The notes beneath the pieces were generated by a model that was not told the DNA's origin, made no database searches, and saw only the letters and a program-made list of their open reading frames with translations. From contig NC_092670.1 in assembly GCF_964355755.1 (NCBI RefSeq), forward strand, positions 32,228,388-32,292,387: a DNA stretch of 64,000 nt, in the 5' to 3' direction. Of the stretch, positions 35,001 to 47,432 are shown piece after piece (within the stretch, counting starts at the first letter, position 1; each line of letters begins with the position of its first letter). The stretch is from Antedon mediterranea (Eukaryota > Animalia > Echinodermata). Both the position numbers and the translations under genes were made by a program.

Positions 35001-38000
35001 CTTATCGAAAGTTAATCATAGGACGCGATGGACTATGGAAGGCCCGCAGTTGGCGAAGGTCAGCAATATAACAGCATGTTCTCTGAAAATGCAACCTCGC
35101 ATGTAGCTATGGAGCTACAAAGTATGGGCGGCCAAGAAAACCAAAATCAGAACCCATGGAGTATAAATAATAGAATTCATAGTATGAGAAAGGAGACGGA
35201 TGTCCATCCCGAAGATAGCATATCGCAGACAGGATCACGAGTAAGTCGTGTGTCAGCAGCATCGAGCAATCGAGTGAAAGAGTCAGCAAATTTAGCCGGA
35301 CTTTTAGCAAAACAGGAGGCACTCAAAAGAAAACGCGAACTGCAACAAAAGGCATTAGCCCTACAATTGGAAATGGAAGAACTTGCGTTGAAAACTCAGA
35401 TTGAGATCTCTAGTGCTCGGGAACGAATTTATACAGAAGCAGAGATCGCCGAAATTAAAGAATTAGAAAATGAATGCGGGATCGGCGAAACAAATGTAAA
35501 TACAGACGGTTATGAACAACCAGATAATGAACAGTTGCAGAACGTGCCAGTGATGTTACCCCAAGTGAGTAACAACAATAATAATCATCAAGGAAACATT
35601 CCGGACGAGAGAATATATACTCATGATATTGTTAATGGACCTCCTGAGTTTCAACACCCTGTAGGGACAAACCCATATGCACCAACATATGCACCAATAT
35701 ATGCACCAACATATGATCCACTACCACATCAAGCTCTATACGAGATCATCAATCAGATGACTGCATCTCAGCAAACGCAACAGCAACTAACCCAGTTAAT
35801 AGTTGATCAGCAACAAAGAAATCTCTTGCCACCTACCAATATCCCCAAGTTCAAAGGTAATCTGGTAGAGTTTCGGTCCTTTGTGAAGGCCTTTGAGAGT
35901 AGGGTTTCTACCCGTACTCAGCGCACAAGTGAGAAATTGCATTACCTAGAACAATATACAATGGGAGATGCAAACTCCCTAGTTCGAAGCTGTATGCACC
36001 TAGACGCCGAAACTGGGTACAAAGAGGCTTGGCGTTTATTAAAGGAGAAATACGGAAATGAGTATAAAATTACTCAGGAATACATTGAGCAACTTACAAA
36101 CTGGAACATCATCAAACCAGATGACGTTGAAGGACTGGAAAAGTTTTCAATATATTTAACCACATGTAAAAATGCAATGGATGATTTAAAATCAATGAGG
36201 GAAATGGAGCACCCCAAGAATCTGCAAACCATCGTGAGAAAGCTCCCATATTACATTCAAGACAGATGGAGTCGAAAATCGCTTGAGATACGAGACAAAC
36301 ATAACCAAATAACCTTCGCAAATCTCGTCAACTTTATCACACAAGAGGTTAGAGTGGCTACTGATCCGGTTTTCGGAAGACAGACAAAACGAGATAAAGT
36401 AAAACCTGAAACAAAACCAGATCGAAAACACACACAATCCTTTGCCGTTGATGTGAAGGAAACAGCAGGGCGACGACCGATAAGTGCTCATTGCAATCCT
36501 TGCTTGTTCTGCAAAGGTGATCATACCATGGAATTTTGCCGTGCCTTGCAGAAGAAAACTCACAGTGAAAAGATAGCTTTCCTTATGTCTATGGGTCTCT
36601 GTTTTAAGTGCCTGATACCCGGCCATAGAAGCAGTGATTGCAAAAGAAAGATTGTATGCGAAACGTGCAATAAGGAACATGCAACTATCCTACATCGTGA
36701 AGAAAACCCACAAACCACTCAATCCATCTCCGAAAAGGATGCCTCTGTTGCTCACGAGCCAAATTCAACTCAAACTGGTCAACAGCCAAACAGAGTGGCC
36801 AATGGAGCCATAGGGGCCGGCAGCAACCTGCGAAGCTGCATGGCTATCATACCTGTACTGGTACGGGCAAACACATCTGGAAAGACCATTAAGACATATG
36901 CATTTTTGGATAATGGAAGCTCAGCTACATTTTGTACTGAGAGTCTTATGGAGCAGCTGAGCGCAGAAAAAAGACAAACTCGGTTAATACTCTCGACTAT
37001 AAATCACAGGGATCAGCCAGTTAATAGTCACATTGTATCATCGCTGGAAGTTAGCAACCTCGTGGGTGGTACTCCTATAAAGTTACCAAGGTTGTACACC
37101 GTAAAGGAGATTCCAGTAACAAAGGAAGAAATACCCTTGCAGAAAGATATTAGAACCTGGCCATATTTACAAGACCTTAAGATCCCAGAATTGGACGCTG
37201 AAATTGGACTTCTTATAGGAAATGATGTTCCGAAAGCGATGGAACCCTGGGAAGTGATAAATAGTCAAGGTGATGGTCCTTACGCAACCAAAACCCGCCT
37301 TGGCTGGGCTATAAACGGACCAATAAGACGTTCAGAACTGACAAACGACGAACGTGTCAATCGCATTGCTGTGAAGTCAAATCTTGAAGAGCAATTTCAA
37401 ATCTATGCCAATCAAGATTTCAACGAACGAAGCTACGGAGAGAAATTGTCCCACTCACGAGAAGACAAAGAGTTTATGCGTAAGGTAGATGGCAGTGCTT
37501 CCTTGATCGATGGTCATTATCAAATTGGTTTGCCTCTGAAGGACCACGTTCTTATGCCGAATAACCGAGCTCAAGCACAACAACGAGCAAGTCAGCTCAA
37601 GAGAAAATTTGATAAGTCCCAAACCTTTTATGAAGACTATAAACGTTTTATAACCAAAGTTATTGAAGCTGGTTATGCAGAAAGAGTGAAGGACAATATT
37701 ATCCGTAACGATGGTATGGTGTGGTATCTACCACATCATGGGATCTACCACCCAAATAAACCTGGAAAAATACGCGTAGTGTTTGACTGCGCTGCCCGTT
37801 ATCATGGTACTTCGCTCAACGATCAACTACTGCAAGGACCAGACCTAACCAATTCTTTAGTAGGTGTACTCCTGAGGTTCCGTGAAGAGCAAGTCGCTAT
37901 TACTGGTGACATAGAGTCTATGTTCCACCAAGTTAGAGTGCCGAATGAGCATAGAGATTTATTAAGATTCCTGTGGTGGACAAATGGAGATCTTACTAAA

Positions 38001-41000
38001 GAACCGGAGGAGTACAGAATGGCTGTTCATTTGTTCGGGGCAAAATCATCACCAAGTTGTGCCAATTACGCTCTGCTGAAGACGGCCAAAGACAACATGG
38101 TTGACGCTGAAGTAGCAGAGTCTGTAGAGAAAAACTTCTACGTTGACGACTACCTCAAATCAGTTGCTACAGAAGAAAAAGCGATTGCTATGATAAAGGA
38201 AGTGCGATCACTTTGCGCTCAAGGGGGGTTCAATATTACCAAGTGGAGCAGCAACCGACGTAATGTCATATCATCGATACCTGAAACAGATCGTGCCAAG
38301 GAATTAAGTGGTCTCGACTTAGACCGAGATGCCCTTCCGATAGAACGTGTACTCGGAGTTCACTGGATGATAGACACGGACAGTTTCAGCTTTAAGGTAG
38401 CTGCCAGAGAAAAACCTGTATCCAGACGAGGAATACTGTCAAGCGTTTCTTCTGTATATGACCCTCTTGGCTTCGCGGCACCATTCGTCCTTCCTGCAAA
38501 AAACTTGTTGCAGGATCTATGCAGACTGAATCTTGGATGGGATGAAGAGATACCAACGTCTATTAGGGACCGCTGGTCGGTATGGAAAAGTGACCTTGCG
38601 AAACTTGAAAAGCTTTCGGTTTATCGTTGTTACAAGCCAACCAACTTTGGAATGGTAAAACATTCACAAATTCACCATTTCGCAGATGCCAGCGAAGGAG
38701 GTTATGGTTCTGTTGCCTACCTTCGGTCAGTTAACCAATCTGGTGATATTCATTGCAGTTTCCTAATGGGTAAAGCAAGAGTAACCCCTTTGAAGAATGT
38801 TACAATTCCCAGACTTGAATTGAATGCTGCCACAGTAGCTGTAAGACTTGATGCACTTCTAAAAGAAGAATTACAAATTGAAGTTGAGCCAAGCGTCTTT
38901 TGGACAGATAGTACTGCGGTCCTCGGTTACATAAACAATACCACAGCTAGATATCAAACATTTGTAGCTAATCGTCTTGCTACCATTCATGAACGATCAG
39001 TACCATCACAATGGAAATATGTACCTACCGACTTGAATCCGGCTGATGATGCCTCCAGAGGTCAGACCGCTGAGGAATTCTTAAATTCTAAACGATGGAT
39101 TAATGGGCCAGATTTCCTGTGGACCATTGAAGAAAATTGGCCAAAAGACAGAGTTTTGCTTGAACTAAAGGATAATGATCCAGAGGTGAAGACACCAATC
39201 TTAGCGAATGTTATTCTAACAAAAGAAGCAGAAGGTACCATTAATCAACTAATTAACACATTTTCCGACTGGACCAAGTTAACGAAAGCTGTTGCTTGGT
39301 TGCTAAGATGTAAACGAGTCCTACACGCAAAGATAAAGAACGAAACAGCCAGAGCTGTTCTTGAGCCTCTAGATTTAGCCGAAATCGAGGAGGCTGAAAA
39401 GGAAGTGTTAATATTTGTTCAAAGAAGTGCGTTTAAAGAAGAGATTGAGCATTTAAACACTAATGCGACCAAACCAATAAAGAGAAAGAGCCCAATAACC
39501 AAGTTAGACCCGAAATTATCCGACGGGCTACTAAGAGTCGGAGGGAGGTTATGTAGAGCTAGCATGCCAGAAGAAAGCAAGCAGCCCATCATCCTACCAA
39601 ACAAATCACACGTGTCTGAAATAATCATTCGCCATTTGCATGCCGTAGTAGGACACAGTGGTAGAAATCACGTCATTTCGAAACTGCGACAGAAATATTG
39701 GGTCATCAATGCAAACTCAGCCGTTCGCAAAATTATAAGTAAATGTGTTATCTGCCGGAAATTACGAGGTAAAACATGTGAACAAAAGATGGCTGACTTA
39801 CCAGTCGATCGCATCACACCCGATGAACCTCCGTTTACTCGAGTCGGCACAGATTACTTTGGACCCTTTGAGGTTAAACGGGGACGATCCTTAGAGAAGC
39901 GCTACGGTGTTATCTTCACATGTCTGGCAACTCGCGCTATACACATCGAAGTGGCACATTCTATGGACACTGACTCTTGCATCAACGCTCTCCGTAGATT
40001 TGTTGCAAGAAGAGGTCAAGTGAAACAAATTCGTTCCGACAATGGCACCAACTTCGTCGGAGCTAACAAGTGCTTAAAGGAAGCTATAGCTGAATGGAAC
40101 CAAAACAAAATTCACAATGCAATGCTGCAAAGGTGTATAAATTGGTCATTTAACGCCCCAGGAGCTTCACACCACGGCGGAATATGGGAACGACTGATTC
40201 GCTCCATAAGAAACATCCTATCTTCACTGCTGAAGGAGCAGAACATTAATGATGAATGTTTGCATACTTATTTGTGTGAAGTAGAGGCTATTATAAATAG
40301 CAGACCATTAACATCCGTCTCAGGTGAACATAATGATCTGGAACCTCTCACGCCAAATCATCTACTCCTACTTAACAAGAAAACAAGTTTACCTCCAGGA
40401 ATATTCGAAAAGAACGACATCTATGCTCGTCGCCGTTGGAAGCAAGCTCAGTACATGGCAGACGTGTTTTGGAGAAGATGGCTGAAAGAGTATTTGCCAG
40501 CCTTACAAGAGAGACAGAAATGGATGAGATCAAAGAGAAATGTTGAACCTGGTGATGTCGTACTTGTAGTCGACAATGCAGCACCTAGGAATGTATGGCT
40601 ATTAGGAAAGATAACGAAAGTTAAACCAGACAGCAACGGAGTAGTTAGAATCGTTGAAGTACAGACAAAGAATTCTGTATTGGAACGTCCAATATCGAAA
40701 TTAGTAATTTTATTGGAAAATGATAACTAGAAGGAGTTGCATTACCATTTAGATTTAGTGTGGCGTTTCGTATTTTAAGCTTTTAGATAATTGTTATTAG
40801 ACAATTAAGGGGCCGGGATGTTAGTGCCACTTTGACCCTTTAAGTCAAAGGTCAATAGTACAAAGAATCTTTAAAGTATCTAATTTCATCTACATCTCAT
40901 ATGCTAACTGAGAAACTTCATGGATAGACAAACCTTTAATAGTGGACAAAATCATCAAATTTAAGATAGCACAACGTCTTGTAAGTACCCATAGTGTTAT

Positions 41001-44000
41001 GAGTTATAAGTTTATATTTAGTAGTTTAGTTTGAAATAGTTTGTAGGATGATAATACTTTTACATGATATGAAATAGGCAAATATTAATGTTACTGTATC
41101 TAGTATATAGGCTACTGTTTTACATTGCTACACAACCTTGAGTGCATAGCCTGCTGTAACAACCTTGAGTGCATAGCCTGCTGTAATAAGATATACCAAG
41201 GGAATCTTTGTTTTAGATCTGTGGTCAAGTATTTGTATGCTATCTATAGTACCACAGTATTCACATTTTATATGAAATTATATAATGCTTTGATTTAATA
41301 GTATAATTTGTAGTTTGATGTTACTATAGCTTACTACAGTAGATAATTATAGATAGTTTATTATAAACATTTGTAGTTACACGTTTTTTATATCCTTTGT
41401 TTGTAGTCAATCGTGATACTTTATGGGATTTGGAATCTGATTATATTGAGGAACAGAATAAACTTAAATCACGCATTGAAACCGTTGGCTTTATATTGTA
41501 TGGTGTATTTTGAAGTTTGTTTAAATATTGGAGCCAACATTAACTATTTTAACAAACTAGTTAGTTTTCACTTTCTTGTTTTCGTCGTATGACTCGCTTT
41601 GTTTACGCTTACACTTGGCTTAGACGTTTATCTTAGAATTCGAATAAATGAATCCATAATCAACAAAAATTGGTACTGTTGTGGTTTTTGTTTAATATAA
41701 ATATTCCTAATACACAGAAATCAATTAAACAGCAATATAATTTAATATAAACGAGTTAAAAAGGAAATTTAGACAGCCTATAAAATACGGAAGTCAGAAC
41801 TCGCGTCGCTCGAAATGTTCGGTAACTTTCTATTTATAGCCTATCGAAAAAGGCTCTGGCTAACTTTTAAATTAAAAAGGCTCTCGGAACACTTAATTTC
41901 CCATTATCACTATTTGACGTGGATGTGAGAACACCTTGCATAAAAAAGGCTACAACTATAGTTACATTACTCTATCATTTTCATTTTAGATTAACCAAGT
42001 TAAGGAATACATGAAGTTCCACAAAGTTCCATTCAATATACAGAAAAGGATTTTGGATTATTACGAGCATCGATATCAACGGAAGTACTTCAATGATCAC
42101 GCAATTATGAGTGAGCAAAACAGACCTATCAGACTTGTAAGTTAATTGTTAGCTGTAATCTGCAACACAGACGTCGTAGACCCTTCTCTTCACCTAATAT
42201 CGGATACCAGATTCACTCCGTAAACAAATATAACGTGCGTTACTTTAATTAAGCTTGGTTCCCATTAGGACGCAACGTAAGGTCGTAGCGCAACGCAAAG
42301 TGATTTGACTAATCACAAGGGATAGATTATTCGAACAATCGCGTGTGATTGGTAAACTCGCTTGCTTTGCGTCTACGTCATTGCGTTGCGTCCTAGTGGG
42401 AACCAAGCTTTATGAACGAACAAAAATACGACCAGGCTGTCAATCTTGACAGTCCACGGCAGTAAAAGTGAAGTATATCGGTGTGTTTTCTGAGCTAGAG
42501 ACAGGATGTTAGTCTTTGAAATTAGGGAAGCTTTCATCAGTTTGAAATACAAAAACACAAGTTTATTTCAACTACGAACTATTAGAGGATGATATCCTAA
42601 ATGTTATAAATTGATCTGTGACACCGTCCGAATCCTCTGCACTTATTCGATGGTCCTTTGGATAAATAGACCCAGTGTTTTGCATTTAAATTCCAGATAT
42701 TCTATATGTTTATTGTCTTTTACCATCTCAATTTATAACTTCCAACTGCTCTTTGACAGGCTTTAGTCCAGCACCAGTGCAAATCGTTGATCAACAAGGT
42801 TGATTTCCTGGCAAACGCTGATCAAGACTTTGTCTCTGACTTAATCCAAAAATTGGAGTTTGAAGTCTATTTAGAACGCGACGAAATTATACAAGCAAAC
42901 ACTCGAGGCACGGCTATGTACTTCATAGAGCACGGGTCTGTAGACATCATTGTGGATGGCCAAGTAATTGGTAAACTTTCCGACGGAGATCATTTTGGAG
43001 GTATTACACCCACCAATGATTACCAGGCCTATTTGAACCACATAATCAGACTTAACAATGTAGTGTGGTGGTAATTGATGGAACAACACTTCATTGTGCA
43101 TAGCATGCACATAAGAATTACAATCACCGCCATAGAGTTCTTGACCCATCACAAATCTCCAGTAGTGAGTGAAATGATCGCAATGGTGGTGGTGATATTG
43201 CAAGTTTCATTGCATTCAATTAAAAAAATATCCTCAATTTGAAAAATCAAGATTACTGTATTTCTTATCGTGTTTTATTGTTTGCAGAAATTGCTCTTTT
43301 AACCGATATCAAGAGAGTGGCAACAGTAGTAGCGTCTGCCACTTGTGATCTTTACAGTTTAAGCAGAGATAATTTTAATGAAGGTACGTTAAATGCACTA
43401 TTCCCGGCAAAGATGGAAAAGTATTGCTGAATCTTTTCCTACATAAGAAACCCATTAAGAAACCCTACTCGGCTTTGCTAGTATACCCATTGGTCTGCCT
43501 TTCCAGACCTTATCTACCTTACTCTAGTACAATCAAGACATTATGATTTTCAATGAGATCTATTGCATATAAAAGGATTTATAGGAAAGATTGTTTGAAA
43601 ATTTTAATTAAATTTATTTAAATTTTAACTTTTAATAATTACGTGATATTGTGTCATTTTTACACATGCTTCTTTTAGCGTTGTCTGACCATCCAGCGAT
43701 CAGTTCTCTAATGACACAAGTTGCAAATGAACGTCTTTCTAAAAACAAAGATTCATCTGAACAAAGTCGTATGTATAAACTTTTTTTAAATTTTATCGCG
43801 AAGTATAGAGTTTAATACAGTGCAGTATCTTAGTTCTTTAAAGTAAATATAACTGCTGCACAATTTCCTTGAATAGGGACTATTCAATCCACGACTTTAA
43901 CCTTAACTTTAACCGACGACGTCACAAGAGTTTATGAAAAATATCACGTCAGTGTCAGTGTCAGGGGATAAAACAAAATATATATAAAGAAGAGGGTTGG

Positions 44001-44177
44001 CTTTTATCAATATTTGCTTAAATATTTAAGAAGTGCATAAGCAAATAACTTAAGGACACGATTACGTCATATCACTGCCATATTTTGGCACTTGTGAAAC
44101 TAGTTCAATAGTGTAGACAGAGCTTTAGAGTTGACTATTCCATTCCTTTCTCATTTTTCGTTTCAGAATCAATATAG
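29038..44177 (+). CDS. Hyperpolarization-activated cyclic nucleotide-gated channel, divergent SpHCN2-like type (about 564 aa, 12 exons)
   Basis: Exons 29038-29119, 29384-29615, 29964-30150, 30824-30987, 31346-31421 (GC donor), 31516-31665, 31950-32168, 41990-42136, 42760-43000, 43288-43383, 43679-43768 and 44167-44177 sum to 565 codons. HCN domain...IHPFSDFRWYWD, S4 LRILRLIKVLSLLRLLRLSRLMRY, pore HMLGLGFG, C-linker QVKEYM...YYEHRYQ, CNBD FGEIALL-x4-RVATV. First and last exons are less certain. Confidence 0.92.
30450..30491. repeat. Perfect 18-bp-arm hairpin in an HCN intron
   Basis: AAACCTTTCTCCCACATG-ATTAAC-CATGTGGGAGAAAGGTTT. Confidence 0.9.
34245..34965 (+). repeat. 5' LTR
   Basis: No difference from 40819-41539 seen in the stretches compared by eye; internal short tandem duplication near 34558-34610; AATAAA at 34883. 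Confidence 0.97.
35028..40730 (+). CDS. BEL/Pao Gag-Pol polyprotein (1900 aa)
   Basis: Gag core, three Cys/His knuckles (CLFCKGDH, CFKCLIPGH-x4-C, CETCNKEH), protease AFLDNGS, RT (DIESMF, YVDD), RNase H (HFADAS, FWTDS, NPAD) and integrase (HH-CC, DYFGP, SDNG, WERL) in PR-RT-RH-IN order. No env. Confidence 0.97.
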   Translation: MDYGRPAVGEGQQYNSMFSENATSHVAMELQSMGGQENQNQNPWSINNRIHSMRKETDVHPEDSISQTGSRVSRVSAASSNRVKESANLAGLLAKQEALKRKRELQQKALALQLEMEELALKTQIEISSARERIYTEAEIAEIKELENECGIGETNVNTDGYEQPDNEQLQNVPVMLPQVSNNNNNHQGNIPDERIYTHDIVNGPPEFQHPVGTNPYAPTYAPIYAPTYDPLPHQALYEIINQMTASQQTQQQLTQLIVDQQQRNLLPPTNIPKFKGNLVEFRSFVKAFESRVSTRTQRTSEKLHYLEQYTMGDANSLVRSCMHLDAETGYKEAWRLLKEKYGNEYKITQEYIEQLTNWNIIKPDDVEGLEKFSIYLTTCKNAMDDLKSMREMEHPKNLQTIVRKLPYYIQDRWSRKSLEIRDKHNQITFANLVNFITQEVRVATDPVFGRQTKRDKVKPETKPDRKHTQSFAVDVKETAGRRPISAHCNPCLFCKGDHTMEFCRALQKKTHSEKIAFLMSMGLCFKCLIPGHRSSDCKRKIVCETCNKEHATILHREENPQTTQSISEKDASVAHEPNSTQTGQQPNRVANGAIGAGSNLRSCMAIIPVLVRANTSGKTIKTYAFLDNGSSATFCTESLMEQLSAEKRQTRLILSTINHRDQPVNSHIVSSLEVSNLVGGTPIKLPRLYTVKEIPVTKEEIPLQKDIRTWPYLQDLKIPELDAEIGLLIGNDVPKAMEPWEVINSQGDGPYATKTRLGWAINGPIRRSELTNDERVNRIAVKSNLEEQFQIYANQDFNERSYGEKLSHSREDKEFMRKVDGSASLIDGHYQIGLPLKDHVLMPNNRAQAQQRASQLKRKFDKSQTFYEDYKRFITKVIEAGYAERVKDNIIRNDGMVWYLPHHGIYHPNKPGKIRVVFDCAARYHGTSLNDQLLQGPDLTNSLVGVLLRFREEQVAITGDIESMFHQVRVPNEHRDLLRFLWWTNGDLTKEPEEYRMAVHLFGAKSSPSCANYALLKTAKDNMVDAEVAESVEKNFYVDDYLKSVATEEKAIAMIKEVRSLCAQGGFNITKWSSNRRNVISSIPETDRAKELSGLDLDRDALPIERVLGVHWMIDTDSFSFKVAAREKPVSRRGILSSVSSVYDPLGFAAPFVLPAKNLLQDLCRLNLGWDEEIPTSIRDRWSVWKSDLAKLEKLSVYRCYKPTNFGMVKHSQIHHFADASEGGYGSVAYLRSVNQSGDIHCSFLMGKARVTPLKNVTIPRLELNAATVAVRLDALLKEELQIEVEPSVFWTDSTAVLGYINNTTARYQTFVANRLATIHERSVPSQWKYVPTDLNPADDASRGQTAEEFLNSKRWINGPDFLWTIEENWPKDRVLLELKDNDPEVKTPILANVILTKEAEGTINQLINTFSDWTKLTKAVAWLLRCKRVLHAKIKNETARAVLEPLDLAEIEEAEKEVLIFVQRSAFKEEIEHLNTNATKPIKRKSPITKLDPKLSDGLLRVGGRLCRASMPEESKQPIILPNKSHVSEIIIRHLHAVVGHSGRNHVISKLRQKYWVINANSAVRKIISKCVICRKLRGKTCEQKMADLPVDRITPDEPPFTRVGTDYFGPFEVKRGRSLEKRYGVIFTCLATRAIHIEVAHSMDTDSCINALRRFVARRGQVKQIRSDNGTNFVGANKCLKEAIAEWNQNKIHNAMLQRCINWSFNAPGASHHGGIWERLIRSIRNILSSLLKEQNINDECLHTYLCEVEAIINSRPLTSVSGEHNDLEPLTPNHLLLLNKKTSLPPGIFEKNDIYARRRWKQAQYMADVFWRRWLKEYLPALQERQKWMRSKRNVEPGDVVLVVDNAAPRNVWLLGKITKVKPDSNGVVRIVEVQTKNSVLERPISKLVILLENDN
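40819..41539 (+). repeat. 3' LTR
   Basis: Follows the PPT; same length and apparent sequence as the 5' LTR. Confidence 0.97.
42252..42409. mobile_element. Harbinger-like MITE with TTA TSD
   Basis: TTA-AGCTTGGTTCCCATTAGGACGCAACG...CGTTGCGTCCTAGTGGGAACCAAGCT-TTA. Confidence 0.85.
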
Positions 44178-46793
44178 AAAATACGAAACTATGATTCTTC
44201 CATCTACAGTTATATGCACAACGAAAGAACGATTTAACCAGTTATTGTTGTTGAGTAAATTTATTCAAAGCTAAAATCATAATTAGCACCATTTACAATT
44301 TAACATCGATTTAATGTGTATGCTACCATTGACAATAAACATTCATTTTATTTATATATACTGTATATATTGCGTTAATTATGTGTTAAAGTGAATGGTT
44401 GACTTCAGTGGTCAATTAAAACGGTGAGGGGAAGGCTGTTGTGATGGTTCTTTTACCTTAGTATACCCACCCAACCACATAGATAAATACTGCTAAAATC
44501 CTGTAACATACTACTGTATAAAAGAATTGCCAGAGCACCACCTATTTATGTTGTCATACAAATGCCACAAAAACTTACGCATTTTAAATACTTTTTTACC
44601 AACATCAATTCTTGTACAAAATGTAAACAAAATTATAATACAAAAACCCCTGAGTGTTCTGTATATCACAAATACCATTCTGTAAAAAAACAACTTTTAG
44701 CAGCATTTTAAGTAAAATTTGAAGATAATAGTAATAGTAATACATAAAGTTACCTTAACATATAGATAACATTTTCCACTAATATAACAATGGCTCAGTA
44801 TCATATTAAGCACCTGTATTAATTACTTATAGCGTATGTGTAAGGGTCATTATAAACTGACCATGGTTTTAGCCATTTGATGATCTAGAGACATTTGCCC
44901 TATTGTTACTGACCAGATGATTTACACTCGCTTAATTTAGAGTTTTGTTTAACTCTAGACATGGAGCTATAACATTAACTTACAGTAGCTCCATGCTGGA
45001 TTAGTTATCCTTAACTCTGTCTATCAAACTTTATGTGACTAAAAAATGTGATGTGCCCAAATATGGATGTCATATCACTACCATATTTGGGCACATCACA
45101 CATTTTAGTTTAATAGTGTAGACAGAGTTTTAGATTTTGATATCACACATCATTTGCTTGCCGAAACTAACCTCACAAAAGACAGATGAGCCTAGAAAGT
45201 GAAATGAGTAATCACTGTAAAACTAGTGGCGCAGATTGCAATACGTTAGGCATCACAGCTTTCACAATAATACGCACAAAACAAACACAACAAGCTGCGA
45301 ATTGTCTCCAAGGTTCCTTTGACTTTCATATGACCTTCAACAATTTCCTGAAATACAACACAATCTAATCATTATTGCCAATAAAACAAGGTTCTGTTTT
45401 GATTTTGGTTAAAAAGGCTTGTTTCTTTATTCCCAAAATCTTCACAAAAAGTTGAATGTGAAATAGAACCATTAAATATACCTATAGTGCAGTATAACTA
45501 ATGAATGGCATGTGATACAAAATGGACCAATCAAATGGCAGGGATATACTCAGGTGTGTTATAATGCTGGATGTTGATAAGTAAAACAAAAGAGAAAATT
45601 ATTTGAATGAAGCAAATTATTGTACAATCTTTTTTCAGAATTTTTAATACATTTAATCTATATTTGTTATTTATGGTAGTTAGTTACCAGATGATATTGT
45701 GAACACATTGTATGGGTTGTTTCATTCATATAGCTGACCACAGCTTGTATACATTAGTGACAGGCAAATGAGTCAAAACGAACATCGTGACGATATTTCA
45801 CACTGGATATACTATTTCTGATTATCTCACAACACAAATATTTCCTTTCTACATGCCTTGCTTTAAATTTTTTCAGCTTAATTAATTGCCAGGTTAACGA
45901 ATGAAATGTGACCAATTTTAATTAGATGTCCATAGGTGACAAGGCGTCTCCTCATATACTTACATTTTTCACGCTCTCTGACAATCAATTTATTTGAATA
46001 ACAATACATCCAATTTATCATGCATTCAACATACCTTTTGTATATCACTTTTATTTTAACACATTCTATTTATAGAAGATGACATCACTAAAAGTTTGTT
46101 CTGATTGCTACAGATCAAAGGTTATAGATCATCATACAGTTTTTGTTATTTCAACCATGGTTTAAAAATTTGCTTTTGTAAGGGCTATTTTAGGCTACAG
46201 TATATGATGTACCAAATATATATATACAGTATCTAAAAGTTGCCATTACACACCTTCAAACACTTGTTAGACCGCGTAATTTCAATGGAAAATTTAATTA
46301 TTATTTTAAATTTTTCATGAATACTATCATTTAAAAAAATAATCACAGATGTGTGTAATACAAGTAAAAGAAGTAATGTGGTTCTTGAAGGGGGACATGA
46401 AACTAACAATTTTTGTTTGTATTTGGACTTATTCATTGCACTAATGAAGGACCTGATTGACAAAAAAATACCAATGTCAGCAACTTGGACAAGAATTGCA
46501 TATTACAGAGAAGAAAATGGGAATTGCTAGAGGAGGGCTTCACCTAGGTACCCAACAATGTATGATGGAACACAGCCTGATGATGATGATGATTTCACTG
46601 AATATGTTGTTCTCCATTGTGAAAAGTAAAAACATTTTAATGTGTGCAGACTCTAGTTAGTAGGCCTGGTAAATTCTACCGCAAGGGGCTATAGAAAATA
46701 TTCAGTATTCAGTATTCAATATAGGTCAGAAAATGTAAAGTATTAAAATAGCATCTTTTCTTACCATCATAATCACTGGTTTATATAGTAACT

Positions 46794-47432
46794 TTACACA
46801 AGAACACCGTGAGCCTTCTTCAAATAGTGTCTTCCCTTCTGTGAAAAAAAAATAGAAGAAGTAATTTAGTATCATCCTGTAGATAGCGATTCAGACTAAA
46901 ACTAAACACTGAATTATGTAATACATCTATTTGTCTGTCCATACTATGTTCTAATCAAATTGGCCGGAAGCAGGGTGAAATATAAAATGGGCAGGAGTTT
47001 CTCATTCAATGAACTTTTCTCTAAAAAGTGGGTTAGAACTGAGGCAGATATACTGTAGGATCTTTTAAGCTGGGAGCTCTAATAATAGATTTGGAAGGGG
47101 TTCATATATCATATGTATTATGTAATAGTGTAGTACGTTCACTTATCCCAAGTGAATAATACACTACTCTAGTTAATACAATGTGAAATGAAAATGTTTT
47201 TATTTATTGTGGCTGCTGTCAAAAGAGTGAGCACACACACACTATCACCCCTTCCCCCATTATTAACCTGCAACTGTTGCAGTTTCTCTTCCTCTGATCG
47301 TAGCATCATATTCTTTTTGAACTCATTCCTGATGTACCGTCTGTAGAACTCTTGGTCCGTGTACTGGAGACTGCTACTCTGGCGCATCAACTGCCGGTAG
47401 AGGCTCAGAACAGCTTGTCGTGACCACTGCAT
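46794..47432 (-). CDS. LYR-motif mitoribosome assembly microprotein, homolog of AltMIEF1 / MIEF1 upstream ORF protein (L0R8F8), 69 aa, two coding exons
   Basis: Exons 47432-47268 and 46838-46794 (phase 0, GT-AG) give MQWSRQAVLSLYRQLMRQSSSLQYTDQEFYRRYIRNEFKKNMMLRSEEEKLQQLQKGRHYLKKAHGVLV*, closely matching the recalled human sequence [31 protein letters not shown]...IRREFRKN...QLEKG. Confidence 0.9.

Larger units (their letters stand above)
34245..41539 (+). mobile_element. Full-length BEL/Pao LTR retrotransposon (7295 bp) in HCN intron 7
   Basis: Two 721-bp LTRs with TGTT...AACA ends, 5-bp TSD TTAAC (34240-34244 and 41540-41544), polypurine tract AAGGGGCCGGGA (40807-40818) and one long ORF. 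Confidence 0.98.

Noticed and set aside
35107-40636. Antisense ORFs within the retrotransposon
   Set aside because: Short shadows of the Gag-Pol frame with no recognisable motifs; no env-like ORF.
46560-46605. Box C/D snoRNA-like motifs (ATGATG...CTGA...TGATGA...CTGA)
   Set aside because: Only about 45 nt, no terminal stem, and overlapping a (GAT)n microsatellite.
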